This document shows, in pieces, positions 55,380 to 64,000 of a stretch of 64,000 nucleotides of DNA. The first letter of the stretch is position 1. Each line of letters opens with the position of its first letter. The notes beneath the pieces were generated by a model. That model was not told the DNA's origin. It saw only the letters and a program-made list of their open reading frames with translations, and searched no databases. This stretch comes from Bacilli bacterium (lineage in GTDB: Bacteria > Bacillota_I > Bacilli_A > RFN20 > CAG-826): positions 128,533-192,532 of the forward strand of contig CAAGAN010000033.1 of NCBI GenBank assembly GCA_900767825.1, written 5' to 3'. The translations under genes and the position numbers were made by a program.

Positions 55380-56378
55380 CTATTCTCCTTTTTTAAAGAA
55401 TTCATATTTATGGTTACGAACATAGCTTTCATTAGCTTTTATTAACATTGAATCAAGGCCATATGGGGCATTTACTTCTTCTAATGTAATCGAAGAATAT
55501 TGAGCCTCGAATTCCCCTCTATCTAACTTGATATCCGTATTTGGGAAATTGCAGCTATAGACCTGAAGGCCACTAGAAGAAGTATATAGATTTAATCCGA
55601 TCCTATCTCCTAGTAATGTAGCATTTATATTTGAATCGACTTTATCGAATATGAAGCAATGGTCATATCCTTGTAGCCTTGGGGCAGCTAGTTCTTTTGC
55701 CTTTATGTCTTTCCCCACTTCTTTTAACTTTCTAAAATCAAGTGCAGGGCTAACTTCATCAATGCTTTTTACAATCAAATCAGGTTCATAACTAGTGACT
55801 TTAGAAGCAGCAATCTCTAGTTTATGGGTCAATATATCCCCTTTTCCATTCAGATTGAAATAGCTATGGTTAGTTATATTTATCGGACAGTCCTTATTTG
55901 GAGTTACATAGTAAGAATATTCTAGAATCGGTTCATTTTTAGCAATCCTATAGGCGATAACTACATATAGATCCGCATCAAACACATCTTTAGTTGCCTT
56001 GAATTTATTCTTGAACCTTAATTCAAAATAATCTTCGATTTCATTTACTTCATATTTAAAAGGGGCATATCCAAAGCAAAGCGATCCTGAATGAAGCGAA
56101 TTCTTTCCTTCATTAAGGGGAAGCTTATTGGCCTTGTTATCAACTTTTATCAATCCGCCTTTAACTCGTCCAGCGATTGGGCCTATTGTTTTTCCATAAT
56201 AGGCCGCATTTGGATTAACATATATTTTTAGATTTTCTGGTGTCGATAAGGTCTTTATCCCATCATAAGTAATCTGATAAATACCTGCCCCAACACTAGA
56301 CAAGATGACCTCTAGGCCGACTTCATTTTTGACTTTGATAAAATCCGAGCCATAATGGCTATTATATTCAATCTTCAT
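55380..56378 (-). CDS. galM: aldose 1-epimerase (mutarotase)
   Basis: 332 aa. ITNHSYFNL plus mutarotase length and layout. GGAGGG RBS. Confidence 0.85.
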   Translation of the reverse strand: MKIEYNSHYGSDFIKVKNEVGLEVILSSVGAGIYQITYDGIKTLSTPENLKIYVNPNAAYYGKTIGPIAGRVKGGLIKVDNKANKLPLNEGKNSLHSGSLCFGYAPFKYEVNEIEDYFELRFKNKFKATKDVFDADLYVVIAYRIAKNEPILEYSYYVTPNKDCPINITNHSYFNLNGKGDILTHKLEIAASKVTSYEPDLIVKSIDEVSPALDFRKLKEVGKDIKAKELAAPRLQGYDHCFIFDKVDSNINATLLGDRIGLNLYTSSSGLQVYSCNFPNTDIKLDRGEFEAQYSSITLEEVNAPYGLDSMLIKANESYVRNHKYEFFKKGE

Positions 56379-57537
56379 TTTTCCCTCCGATTTTTAATAT
56401 TAATGAAGCTAATTCTTCTCTTGTCGCAATTCTAGGAACTGGATATAGAGGAATGCTTTCTTTATAAGCAATAGAAGCTAATTCCTTGGCTTCTTCTTTA
56501 TTTATATCCAATTCTAGATGCTTTATTTGATAGGTGTTTTTTAGACTAGAAACATATTTAACTAAATCATTTGTCCCTAATATCTCTTCTAATTCCTTCT
56601 TTCTTTTTGGATACTTGCCTTTATAGAAATCCAATACTTCATCTAGACAAGAAATAACTGCTAATCCATGAGGTAGATTATATTTGCTACCTAAGGCATG
56701 GCCAATGGAATGGGCATATCCAACATAGGCCAAAGTAAAGCTCTTTCCTGCTAGAAATGAAGATAGAAGCATATCTAAAGAAGCTTGTTTATTACTTCTA
56801 TCATCGATAAATTTAGCAAAACTAGATTTAAATAAAAGCAAACTTTCTTTCGCATATTTCCTAGTTTTTTTGCTTGAAGAATTTGAAATATAGGATTCTA
56901 TATCATGGGTAAAAGCATCTAATCCTGCGAATAAGGCAACATTTAGAGGCAAAGAAGAAAGGTAACTAGAATCGAAATAGACATAATCAGGAAGGATATT
57001 TGGGGAAATAATAGTCCTTTTGATGTCATCTTTATCTTTAATAACCGCAGCAAAAGTAGCTTCAGAGCCAGTGCCTGCAGTTGTTGGGGATGCAATCAAT
57101 ATCATCTTGTTCTTCTTTACCTTAAGTAGTCCAAATGAAGCCATTATATTTTTCTTTATCGATTTAATGGCCTTAGCTAAATCCAATATGGAGCCTCCTC
57201 CAATTGCAAAAATGCCGTCACATTTATTTGAAATATAGAATTCATGTGCCTTATTTACCATTGCTACATCTGGCTCGCTAGAAATAGCGATATAAAGAAA
57301 AGTTTCTATTCCTACTTTATTTAAGCAAGATACCACTTCTTCTTGATATCCTCTTTTAGCAATATTAGGTCCAACTAAAACCATAATCTTTTTAGCTTTT
57401 TTGGCTAGCTTTTTACTTAAATCAGCTAGCCCTTCCTTTTCCTTGAATATTTCTTGCTTCTTTATAGGGAGGAAAAAGGAAAAGAACTTTAAGGTTTTTT
57501 GAATGAATCTAATTTTAAATACAGTAAGTTTTTTCAT
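56368..57537 (-). CDS. iron-containing alcohol dehydrogenase family protein
   Basis: FAIGGGSILDLAKA and His-rich HSIGHALG...HG. I prefer the MKKLTVF start at 57537, which forms an ATGA overlap with the cls stop. The ORF-track start is 57576. Confidence 0.8.
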   Translation of the reverse strand: MKKLTVFKIRFIQKTLKFFSFFLPIKKQEIFKEKEGLADLSKKLAKKAKKIMVLVGPNIAKRGYQEEVVSCLNKVGIETFLYIAISSEPDVAMVNKAHEFYISNKCDGIFAIGGGSILDLAKAIKSIKKNIMASFGLLKVKKNKMILIASPTTAGTGSEATFAAVIKDKDDIKRTIISPNILPDYVYFDSSYLSSLPLNVALFAGLDAFTHDIESYISNSSSKKTRKYAKESLLLFKSSFAKFIDDRSNKQASLDMLLSSFLAGKSFTLAYVGYAHSIGHALGSKYNLPHGLAVISCLDEVLDFYKGKYPKRKKELEEILGTNDLVKYVSSLKNTYQIKHLELDINKEEAKELASIAYKESIPLYPVPRIATREELASLILKIGGKNED

Positions 57538-59105
57538 AAAAATGGCGCCGCTATCCTTAAAAGTCCCCAATAGCACTTATTCTTCTTATGCCACCTATAG
57601 AAGGTAGATAAATCTATCTGAGTCGATAATTTAATCGAGTCAAGGAAGTCTCGCTTCATGTCGCTTATCGAATTTGACCCAACGATGAATGTCCCGTTTT
57701 CCAAATGGAGATATAAACTTCTATAATCTAGGTTAATCGTCCCGACAGTCGCGACTACATCATCGCTAATAAACATCTTTTCATGGACAAATCCTGGGGT
57801 ATATTCATATATCTTTACCCCTGCCTTAAGCAAATTTCCATAATAGGACCTAGATAATTGGAATATTGCTTTTTTATCCGGAATATGTGGCATAAGCAAT
57901 ATGACTTCAATTCCAGAAGAAGCAGCTGCAATAAGAGAATTCTCCATCTCGGAATCTATTATTAGATACGGAGTAGTCATATATACATATTTTTTGGCAC
58001 GTTGGATTATATCTAGATATACTCTTTCCCCGACTGCTTTTGAATCAAAGGGAAGATCGCAATAAGGCTGGATTAAGCCATTCCCTTTTGGATATCCCCC
58101 AATTTCAGAAATATAGGTTGAAGAGGAATAATATTTCTTGTCTATTTGTTCTTTTGGATCGAAATAGAATACATAATTAGAAAGGAACATCATCGTAAAG
58201 GAAGTAACTGCCTTTCCTTTAATCATGATTCCATTATCTTTCCAGTGTCCAAACCTTTCTTTCTTGTTTATATATTCATCCGCGATATTAAATCCGCCAG
58301 TAAATGCAGTATGTCCATCAATAATTACTAGCTTCCTATGGTCCCTATTATTTTGCCTAATATCTAGGAAAGGACGCAATGGATTGAATTTATGACATTT
58401 AATGCCTTCTTTTTGTAATTCCTTATCAAAATGGAATGGGGCAACCGATAAAGAGCCAACATCATCATAAATTACCCTGACATCCACTCCTTCTTTAACT
58501 TTATCGACAAGTATCTTATGTATTTGCTTCCAGAAATACCCTTCTTTTTCGATAATGAAGAATTCGATGAATATATAATGCTTTGCTAAAGATAATTCTC
58601 TTAATAATGGTTCTAAGACAAAATCACCTAAAGGATAATAAGAAATTGAAGTATCGGAGAATATCCCTCCACCTTTAGTAAAGAATAGATAATTTGACAA
58701 AGGTACATATGTTGGATATTTGTCATTTAATTCTTCTAAAGCCTTTGATTCGCTTTCTTCTTTTTCTAAAGGGCGGATATATCTATTGACCATCTTCCTT
58801 TTTCGTTTTGAAGTCTGCTTATTAGCAAAGACAATATAGGTAATCGCTCCTAGTAAAGGAATGCAATTCACAACCCAAAGCCAGGCCAGCCTATATGAAT
58901 CTGGGGATTTAGAGCTAATTATATAGCTAGAAATTGCAACATTTAAAACGAATATGCTAGACAAAATTATATAAAAGGCAAGTTGGGATTGCTCTGAATA
59001 GGTAGATAATCTAACTAGCAAATAAATAGCTAATCCTAACTGGGTCAAAATGAGCAAACCAATAATTAGCTTTTGGTAGAAACCAGGGCGAAGGAAGGTT
59101 TTCAT
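57534..59105 (-). CDS. cls: cardiolipin synthase (PLD superfamily)
   Basis: 523 aa. Three N-terminal TM segments and two HKD motifs (DHRKLVIIDG, VHEKMFISDD). Confidence 0.9.
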   Translation of the reverse strand: MKTFLRPGFYQKLIIGLLILTQLGLAIYLLVRLSTYSEQSQLAFYIILSSIFVLNVAISSYIISSKSPDSYRLAWLWVVNCIPLLGAITYIVFANKQTSKRKRKMVNRYIRPLEKEESESKALEELNDKYPTYVPLSNYLFFTKGGGIFSDTSISYYPLGDFVLEPLLRELSLAKHYIFIEFFIIEKEGYFWKQIHKILVDKVKEGVDVRVIYDDVGSLSVAPFHFDKELQKEGIKCHKFNPLRPFLDIRQNNRDHRKLVIIDGHTAFTGGFNIADEYINKKERFGHWKDNGIMIKGKAVTSFTMMFLSNYVFYFDPKEQIDKKYYSSSTYISEIGGYPKGNGLIQPYCDLPFDSKAVGERVYLDIIQRAKKYVYMTTPYLIIDSEMENSLIAAASSGIEVILLMPHIPDKKAIFQLSRSYYGNLLKAGVKIYEYTPGFVHEKMFISDDVVATVGTINLDYRSLYLHLENGTFIVGSNSISDMKRDFLDSIKLSTQIDLSTFYRWHKKNKCYWGLLRIAAPFL

Positions 59106-59720
59106 TTATCTAGCCTTCCTTTTTAGATAGGTTATGTATTCTTCTTTGCTTAAGCCATTTTCTTTTAATAAGAACAAGAAAGCTCGCATGGATGCATCTT
59201 TGTCATTGCTATAATCGATAAATTCCTTTAATTCCTTAGTTGAATCTTTATCGATTCTAGATGAATAATAATCAATTGACTTCTTCAATTGGACCAAATC
59301 ATTATAATCATTGGCACTTATATCGACTTTCCTAGGGACATCATAGATCATTAGTTTCTCTAATCCTTTGTAATCAAGTGGATCAATTAAATCTTTGTTA
59401 GACAAGGAAAGAAATCTAACTTCGAAAGAAGATGGGAAACGTAATGGGGCTAATTCGGTTGCTAAAACTAGAGATAAAGAAGTTCTAGTAGATGAAGAAT
59501 AAGAATATACAGGTTCATATATCTTCTTGATTGATACACGTCCTTCATATTTTCTTGAAAGAAGACTAGCTAGTTTATTTTTAATTCCCTTTTTTGATTC
59601 GATAGAAGAACCAGGGAAATGAAAAAGGCTAGTTTTATCCTCGCGAACAAAAAGAGCCTTGTAGTCATTACGTACAACTAACCCGAAATAATTTGACGAT
59701 TTTAATTTGATATTCGCCAT
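59106..59720 (-). CDS. hypothetical protein (possibly a degenerate Nudix-like N-terminal half)
   Basis: 204 aa. Its stop abuts the cls start (TAA-ATG). No catalytic motif was recognised. Confidence 0.35.
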   Translation of the reverse strand: MANIKLKSSNYFGLVVRNDYKALFVREDKTSLFHFPGSSIESKKGIKNKLASLLSRKYEGRVSIKKIYEPVYSYSSSTRTSLSLVLATELAPLRFPSSFEVRFLSLSNKDLIDPLDYKGLEKLMIYDVPRKVDISANDYNDLVQLKKSIDYYSSRIDKDSTKELKEFIDYSNDKDASMRAFLFLLKENGLSKEEYITYLKRKAR

Positions 59721-59763
59721 ACTTCCTTATTATAAGGAAAGTAGCGATAAATTTATAGCAATA

Positions 59764-60663
59764 TTACCTAAAACAAATGAAATATTCTCTCTTCTTATCC
59801 TTAAAAGGAGTTCCATCATGATTTAACTCCTTGCAATAAGACTTAATCGCATCATTATCTATATTAACTAGGTGAGGATATAATTCGATAAAATCCTTCT
59901 TTGCCTTATCAAATAAATCTAATATCGAATCATTAGACATAACCAAAGTGGATGGATCTTTCCAATTAGACTTTTTTAGATTAAGGACATCGAAATAATC
60001 GGCCTTTTTATAGAAATGGGGATAAGACATTGCCATGGCCAAAGAATATTTTCCAGTAAGCCTAAACAAGATGCGTTTAAGCCCGCTTCTAGAGAAAAGA
60101 AGCTTCTCGATGCCTATAAAATCAATGACGGATTCTTTATAGGTAGTTGGAGTCATATTTTTATCTTCAACTACATTAAACAAAGAAGAAATTTTGTCTA
60201 AATCAAGTTTAGCGACATTTATAGTCTTGCCAGGGTTTTTATAAGTCTTAAGTAATTTAGATAATCTTACATCTAGAAGAGCCTCAAATGCCCCATGGTT
60301 ATATTTGAATCTGCCTTCTAATCCGCCATTGGAATCAAATCCACTTCTATAAAATACATAGGGATGAACTATTTTATCTAGGCAATAATGGAGGAATAGT
60401 CCATAGACAAAAGAAGATAATTGCTTATCACCTTTTGCACTTTCTAGCATCTTTATATAGATAGAAGAAATATCGCTATGATGCATATTTTCTCCTATTT
60501 GCCAGATCTCTTTATAATTAGATGGACGTCCTTTTTTAAGTATCCCTCTATAGAAGAATGGATCTGGACCCTGCGTCCCTAAAGTAAAGGCATCAATATC
60601 GATATCCTTTAATTCTTTAATAACTTCTAGGGCAAAGGAATAATGAGTTAAGGCCGCTGGCAT
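59764..60663 (-). CDS. zinc-dependent phospholipase C-like family protein
   Basis: 299 aa. MPAALTHYSFAL N-terminus and His-rich segments (MHHSD, FLHYCLDKIVHPY). TAATG overlap with the upstream MFS gene. Confidence 0.6.
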   Translation of the reverse strand: MPAALTHYSFALEVIKELKDIDIDAFTLGTQGPDPFFYRGILKKGRPSNYKEIWQIGENMHHSDISSIYIKMLESAKGDKQLSSFVYGLFLHYCLDKIVHPYVFYRSGFDSNGGLEGRFKYNHGAFEALLDVRLSKLLKTYKNPGKTINVAKLDLDKISSLFNVVEDKNMTPTTYKESVIDFIGIEKLLFSRSGLKRILFRLTGKYSLAMAMSYPHFYKKADYFDVLNLKKSNWKDPSTLVMSNDSILDLFDKAKKDFIELYPHLVNIDNDAIKSYCKELNHDGTPFKDKKREYFICFR

Positions 60664-62087
60664 TAATCTTCATCTCCTAAAGCTTCTAAACCCTTCTTGA
60701 ATTCGGTTTTGGTAGATTTGATATTCTTAACGAACATAAATATAACAAGAGCGGCAATCGACATTACTAATCCATAGATTGGTAAGACGGTGAAATCGAA
60801 ATTAGGAATAAGCATCAATGAACCTACTAGAACTGGGGTAACAGTCTGGGCTGCCATGGAAGAAGCATAATAATAGCCGGTGAATTTACCAATTTTCTTG
60901 CTAGAGCAAAGTTCCACTACCATTGGGAAGGAATTGACATGTACCAAGCTCATCCCAAATCCTTTCATGACCCAGACAATATAGATGTAAATCGGGAATT
61001 TATTGAATTGCCCTTCTGCTGGAGTTGCGACTGGAACTGTATAAGTACATATTGTCCATAGCAATAAGGAAGCAACTGAAATCCCTAATCCAGTGATAAT
61101 TGTCCATTTCCTTCCGATTTTAGAAGCAATCGTACCTCCAAATAGGAAACCGATAACAGAAGCTAGTCCACCAAGAATAACTGCAATCATCATGGCGGAG
61201 GTATTTGATTTTAGATGGAACGAAGTGTAATTAGTCATGAATGTGCCGATTCCATTATCGGACATAAACCAGAAGAATTCGGCTCCTAAAATCAATAGAA
61301 GCATCCTCTTATTGGCCTTGCTCATCGGGGCATCTTCATTCTCTTCACTAATCTTATCTTCGATAGCGGCATATTCTTCGCCACGCCTTAGTTCATCCTT
61401 CATTTCTTCTTCAATCTTGTTTTCTTTGATTAAGAAAAATAAGACGAGGGCACTTATAACCATCAAGATTGATCCAACTAGGAATGGGACTTCGATTATC
61501 CAGACGTTATGGTAATTTTTATGTCCTTCCTTGAAATAGCTATTAGCAGACAAGAAAACACCAAGCAAAGTGGCGCAGGCCCCACCAAAATAGCCCATGA
61601 TATTAATAATTCCATTAGCTTTACTTCTAAGTGGTTTTGGAGTGATATCAGGCATTAAGGCAACGGCAGGATTTCTATACATCATCGCGAATACGACGAC
61701 AATAAACATGCAAGCTAATACACCTGCAATGTTATTATAATGCATTGCTAATGGGATAAATGGGAAAGCGACGGCGCAGATAAATGTGCCAACCAAAATA
61801 TAGGGCATTCTCTTTCCTAATGGGGATTTTGTCTTATCAGAAAGATGACCAAATATCGGAAGCAATATCAAGGCGGCTAGATTATCAATGGCCATCATGA
61901 TTCCAACTAAGTATTGGACTTCTTCGGCACTTTCCTTTCCAAAGGCAGTCTTGAACAAATTAGTCAAGAATAATGGACACCATGAGTCATATACCTGCCA
62001 AAGCAATAAGATGCCAAAGAAGGCAAAACCAATGATGAAAGTACGCTGATAATTCAGTTTAAAGGGTTTTTCATTTGTTTTTTCCAT
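60663..62087 (-). CDS. MFS transporter, GPH/SLC45-like (glycoside-type)
   Basis: 474 aa with about 12 TM segments. FGHLSDKTKSPLGKRMPYILVG matches the G..SD......GRR.P motif of GPH transporters. Confidence 0.7.
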   Translation of the reverse strand: MEKTNEKPFKLNYQRTFIIGFAFFGILLLWQVYDSWCPLFLTNLFKTAFGKESAEEVQYLVGIMMAIDNLAALILLPIFGHLSDKTKSPLGKRMPYILVGTFICAVAFPFIPLAMHYNNIAGVLACMFIVVVFAMMYRNPAVALMPDITPKPLRSKANGIINIMGYFGGACATLLGVFLSANSYFKEGHKNYHNVWIIEVPFLVGSILMVISALVLFFLIKENKIEEEMKDELRRGEEYAAIEDKISEENEDAPMSKANKRMLLLILGAEFFWFMSDNGIGTFMTNYTSFHLKSNTSAMMIAVILGGLASVIGFLFGGTIASKIGRKWTIITGLGISVASLLLWTICTYTVPVATPAEGQFNKFPIYIYIVWVMKGFGMSLVHVNSFPMVVELCSSKKIGKFTGYYYASSMAAQTVTPVLVGSLMLIPNFDFTVLPIYGLVMSIAALVIFMFVKNIKSTKTEFKKGLEALGDED

Positions 62088-62153
62088 ATGTAATTCCTTT
62101 TGAATTCCTAGATATCCTAATCCAAAGCAAGATAAATTAAAAGGATAAAATGC

Positions 62154-64000
62154 CTATTTTTCTTTATTTCTAAAGCGTTTAGAGAAGTATTTTTCGTTAC
62201 GTTTGTCCATTCTTGATGATAGTTTAGTTACTAAATATTCATATTTAAATTCAAGAATAAGCAATTTCATATCAAGTGGCCTAATTGGACACTTGGCAGG
62301 TAAATGTAGATATATAAAATATAGGTAGACATTAAAGAAGCATAGATAAGTAACATAACTTGCTGAAGAATAGATGCTATATTTAGGGATATAAAGATAG
62401 CCAAAATTCAATAATCCAAATAGAACTAGGAATATAACTAAGTGAATTAGATATTTAAAGAATTCCTTCTTGGAATGATTAGCAAAGTGCCTATTGCACC
62501 TAATTAATGAATAAATAGTTAGGATTAATAAGGATATAAGACTAGTAATAAAAGTAATTAAATCCCTATGGAAGATATTTATTAATAACAAGGATATTTC
62601 AAATAAAATAGTTAATATCGAGTAGAAAATACTTCTTCCCTTGTTTAAGCAATTAAATGAATAAAGACAGATAAATAGAAGGAAGATAGATGCCAATGCA
62701 AATACATGGAAATATAGCCCAATTTCAGGTAGTAAGGCATTTGGAGTAGATGCAATGCTTCCATACATTGGTCCGATAAATATCAATATCGGCACCAATA
62801 TAGAAGTGATTAAGGAAGATCTAGATAATGGAGAGGATTCAAATTTAAGCTTGAAGGTTATCTTTTCATCATTGGAATCAATATCTTTCTTTTCATAATC
62901 CACTAGCATCGGGAGCATGAATATAAAGCATAATGCCATCCCTTTTGTATCACTAGGGAAGAAATATGTCGATTCGGTGAACCCGTGTGCAAATAAGGCA
63001 AAGAAACAAAACAGGAATGTAATCGCACTTTTATTATGATTAACGGCATTCTTTATTAATTTATATAGGAAGATAAATATCATTATAGAAAGTATTAATA
63101 GCCTAATGACCCCGCCACTTACTAATTCTTGAATTGGTCCATTATGGGCGTAGAAAATTGCGGTTCCGCTAGGATCAGAGCCAAATATCATCGATAAGAT
63201 ATTATTTGTTACATATTCCCCTACCCCAAATACAAATGAAATCGGATATCCTTTCATTATCTTGATGCAAGATTCCCAGATTTTAGTCCTTGATGTAAAG
63301 GTTAATTTGTTTGAAAGGGTAAAGGCATCGACAAAATTATGTAGCATCGTGACAAAATAGGAATTCTCTCCAAAAGTCTTAAACACCCCAAAGCAAATTG
63401 AAGCGACAGTACATCCAATAATTAAAATAGCAAATAATGATGTCCTAATCGGATAATGACGGATAGTAATCGCGAATCTATAAATAAGGAATACAATCAA
63501 GAATATAGTAGAGATAATTATCGATGTCTTCGAAAGAATGAAGAACAATTCGATATAAAATGTAAACATGAAAAAATAATTGATTATAGAATGCCTTTTT
63601 GATTGGATAATCGCGCTTGCGCATATACCAACTAGCATCAACGTTCCGAATGTATTCCTATTATTAAAGCAACTAGAGACATATTCAGGCCCTTTGTAAT
63701 CGCTATTTTTCTTAATCATATAGACATAGATGTCATATTCTTTAACAAAGCTATAGATTAAGAAGAATACACATATGGCTATCCCAATATAAAATAGCCA
63801 AAGGAAGGTATTTGATGACTTTATGACTTTAGGGAATATCGAAAAGATCATAAAAGCGTAATAGGAAGCGACAAAAAACATAATTGCATACCTAATTCGC
63901 CCCATAAAATCTAACGAATAAGATATGTTCATGTCTTTGCCTGCAAAATCATTAACAGTTAGATTAAGAGGGTTAGGCAAGATAAATAAGGCAATTAAAT
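62154..64000 (-). CDS. O-antigen ligase/polymerase-like (Wzy_C) polytopic membrane protein; N-terminus may lie beyond the window
   Basis: At least 608 aa with many TM segments. FYAHNGPIQELVSGGVIRL resembles the Wzy_C loop. The reading frame stays open to position 64000, and the ORF-track start at 63980 is a TTG. Confidence 0.55.
   Translation of the reverse strand, partial: LIALFILPNPLNLTVNDFAGKDMNISYSLDFMGRIRYAIMFFVASYYAFMIFSIFPKVIKSSNTFLWLFYIGIAICVFFLIYSFVKEYDIYVYMIKKNSDYKGPEYVSSCFNNRNTFGTLMLVGICASAIIQSKRHSIINYFFMFTFYIELFFILSKTSIIISTIFLIVFLIYRFAITIRHYPIRTSLFAILIIGCTVASICFGVFKTFGENSYFVTMLHNFVDAFTLSNKLTFTSRTKIWESCIKIMKGYPISFVFGVGEYVTNNILSMIFGSDPSGTAIFYAHNGPIQELVSGGVIRLLILSIMIFIFLYKLIKNAVNHNKSAITFLFCFFALFAHGFTESTYFFPSDTKGMALCFIFMLPMLVDYEKKDIDSNDEKITFKLKFESSPLSRSSLITSILVPILIFIGPMYGSIASTPNALLPEIGLYFHVFALASIFLLFICLYSFNCLNKGRSIFYSILTILFEISLLLINIFHRDLITFITSLISLLILTIYSLIRCNRHFANHSKKEFFKYLIHLVIFLVLFGLLNFGYLYIPKYSIYSSASYVTYLCFFNVYLYFIYLHLPAKCPIRPLDMKLLILEFKYEYLVTKLSSRMDKRNEKYFSKRFRNKEK

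Noticed and set aside
57534-59105. PLD-family protein as a defence nuclease
   Set aside because: Three N-terminal TM helices, two full HKD motifs and the overall length are those of membrane cardiolipin synthase, not Nuc/BfiI-like nucleases.
1-64000. CRISPR arrays, insertion sequences, prophage, toxin-antitoxin pairs, rRNA, genetic code 4
   Set aside because: No regularly spaced direct repeats, transposase or integrase ORFs, or rRNA-like sequences were seen in any intergenic gap. The longest gap is 425 nt. TGA terminates conserved genes (cls, galT, glpA-like, phnE), so UGA is not read as Trp.

Overview
AT-rich (about one-third G+C by eye, not computed), very gene-dense chromosomal segment from a low-GC Bacillota/Mollicutes-like bacterium. 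It uses the standard genetic code: TGA ends well-conserved genes such as cls, galT and the glpA-like gene. I call 58 protein genes (50 on the minus strand, 8 on the plus strand) and one tRNA-Thr(GGU). I saw no rRNA, CRISPR array, transposase, integrase or phage genes.

Backbone, all on the minus strand:
- The conserved transcription/translation gene string rimP-nusA-ylxR-ylxQ-infB-rbfA / truB-ribF / rpsO / pnp, interrupted three times by plus-strand genes.
- ftsK, RNase J, a cytoplasmic pullulanase, malQ and rimO.
- A glpA-like/glpB-like/DUF1667/YfcE operon.
- A phnDCEE ABC importer followed by a PNK-like kinase and an MBL hydrolase.
- degV plus a GT4 glycosyltransferase.
- A long co-directional run: MFS, Zn-PLC-like, hypothetical, cls, Fe-ADH, galM-galT-galK, membrane protein.

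Plus strand: pflB-pflA (with a perfect cre box upstream), typA, a TtcA-like PP-loop protein with an extra C-terminal domain, gtrA plus an FAD oxidoreductase, a 797-aa polytopic membrane protein, and a spermidine-synthase-fold protein.

Accessory content is dominated by eight lipobox lipoproteins. These include two paralogous families, one showing gene fission/fusion and one a tandem duplication.

No textbook defence or mobile system is visible. The most unusual items are:
- the Phn-importer/PNK-like-kinase/MBL operon;
- the modular lipoprotein family;
- the TtcA fusion;
- candidate autoregulatory leaders upstream of rimP-nusA and rpsO;
- the lipid-plus-Leloir gene string.

All product calls rest on motif recognition by eye. 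No database search was run.
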